A DNA stretch of 64,000 nt from an uncultured Nitrospirales bacterium (lineage in GTDB: Bacteria > Nitrospirota > Nitrospiria > Nitrospirales > UBA8639). The position numbers were made by a program, and so were the translations under genes. The stretch covers positions 7,451 through 71,450 of the forward strand of contig CAWAXJ010000025.1 of NCBI GenBank assembly GCA_963785905.1. The letters run 5' to 3'. Positions 63,241 through 64,000 of this stretch are shown piece by piece (position 1 is the first letter of the stretch; each line of letters starts with the position of its first letter). The notes beneath the pieces were generated by a model. The model had not been told where the DNA came from, did not search any database, and was given only the letters and a program-made list of their open reading frames with translations.

Positions 63241-64000
63241 ATGAACTATGTGCATCTTGGCCGGTCCGGATTGAAAGTCAGCCGCATGTGCCTGGGGACG
63301 ATGAATTTTGGTCCGGAAACGACGGAAGCGGACAGCGGAACGATCATGGATCATGCCTTGGAATTTGGCATCAATTTTTTCGATACCGCAGACGTTTATG
63401 GCTGGGAAGTGGGAGAAGGGATCACCGAACAGATAATCGGGCGTTGGTTCGCACAAGGAGGCGGCCGGCGGGAAAAAGTGGTACTGGCGCACCAAAGTGT
63501 TTGGCCGGATGGGAGACGGGCCTAATCAATCCCGTTTATCCGCACGGCATATCAAGCAGGCGTGTGACGCCAGTTTGCGCCGCCTTCAGACCGACTATAT
63601 CGATCTGTACCAGATGCACCATGTGGACCGGCAGACGCCATGGGAGGAAATCTGGCAAGCCATGGAACAACTGTATCGCGAAGGAAAAGTACTCTATGTG
63701 GGAAGCAGTAATTTTGCGGGCTGGCACCTGGCTCAAGCTCAGGAAATGGCCAAGCACCGGAATTTTTTGGGACTGGTCTCCGAGCAAAGTTTGTATAACC
63801 TGAATGACCGCATGATCGAGCTGGAAGTCATTCCGGCCTGTGAAGCGTACGGCATTGGCGTGATTCCCTGGAGTCCGGTGGCACGCGGCCTGTTGGCCGG
63901 AGCACTGAAGCCTGCCACGGGTGGACGGCGGGCCGATGAAGATCTGCGCAAAAACGTGGAGAAGTACCGGCCCCGGCTGGAAGCCTATGAACAGCTATGC
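63241..64000 (+). CDS. Aldo/keto reductase, partial; frameshift near 63490
   Basis: LGRSGLKVSRMCLGTMNFG, FFDTADVYG; next frame SLRRLQTDYIDLYQMHH, GKVLYVGSSN, PWSP. Confidence 0.92.

Overview
Bacterial chromosomal window, most likely Nitrospirota/Nitrospira-like. This is inferred from the UBact-type proteasome operon, SmbP, tandem DUF507 genes and a Nitrospira-style palindromic repeat; no search was run. Most of it is core genome: radA, recN, trxA, lptFG, csp, guaBA, rluB-like, aspS, clpX, DEAD-box helicase, gpx, glgC, adh. Highlights: (1) a complete arc-dop-ubact-prcB-prcA-pafA proteasome/ubiquitin-like tagging operon whose ATPase lacks the C-terminal HbYX/GQYL motif; (2) an AT-richer tripartite RND efflux cassette bracketed by a ~258-bp direct repeat of the pafA 3' end, suggesting an integration scar in pafA; (3) an orphan FliA/WhiG sigma factor behind a c-di-GMP-I riboswitch and terminator, converging on a SleB-like hydrolase with a consensus sigma54 promoter; (4) three diverged copies of a TIR-bounded MITE-like element, two carrying nested REP-like inserts; (5) a ~980-aa FN3/NHL protein, a 30-aa Lys-rich small protein and a histone-like repeat protein. 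About eleven genes carry single-base frameshifts, many in homopolymers. These are probably assembly errors, so pseudogene calls are withheld. No rRNA, tRNA, CRISPR array, transposase or integrase was seen.
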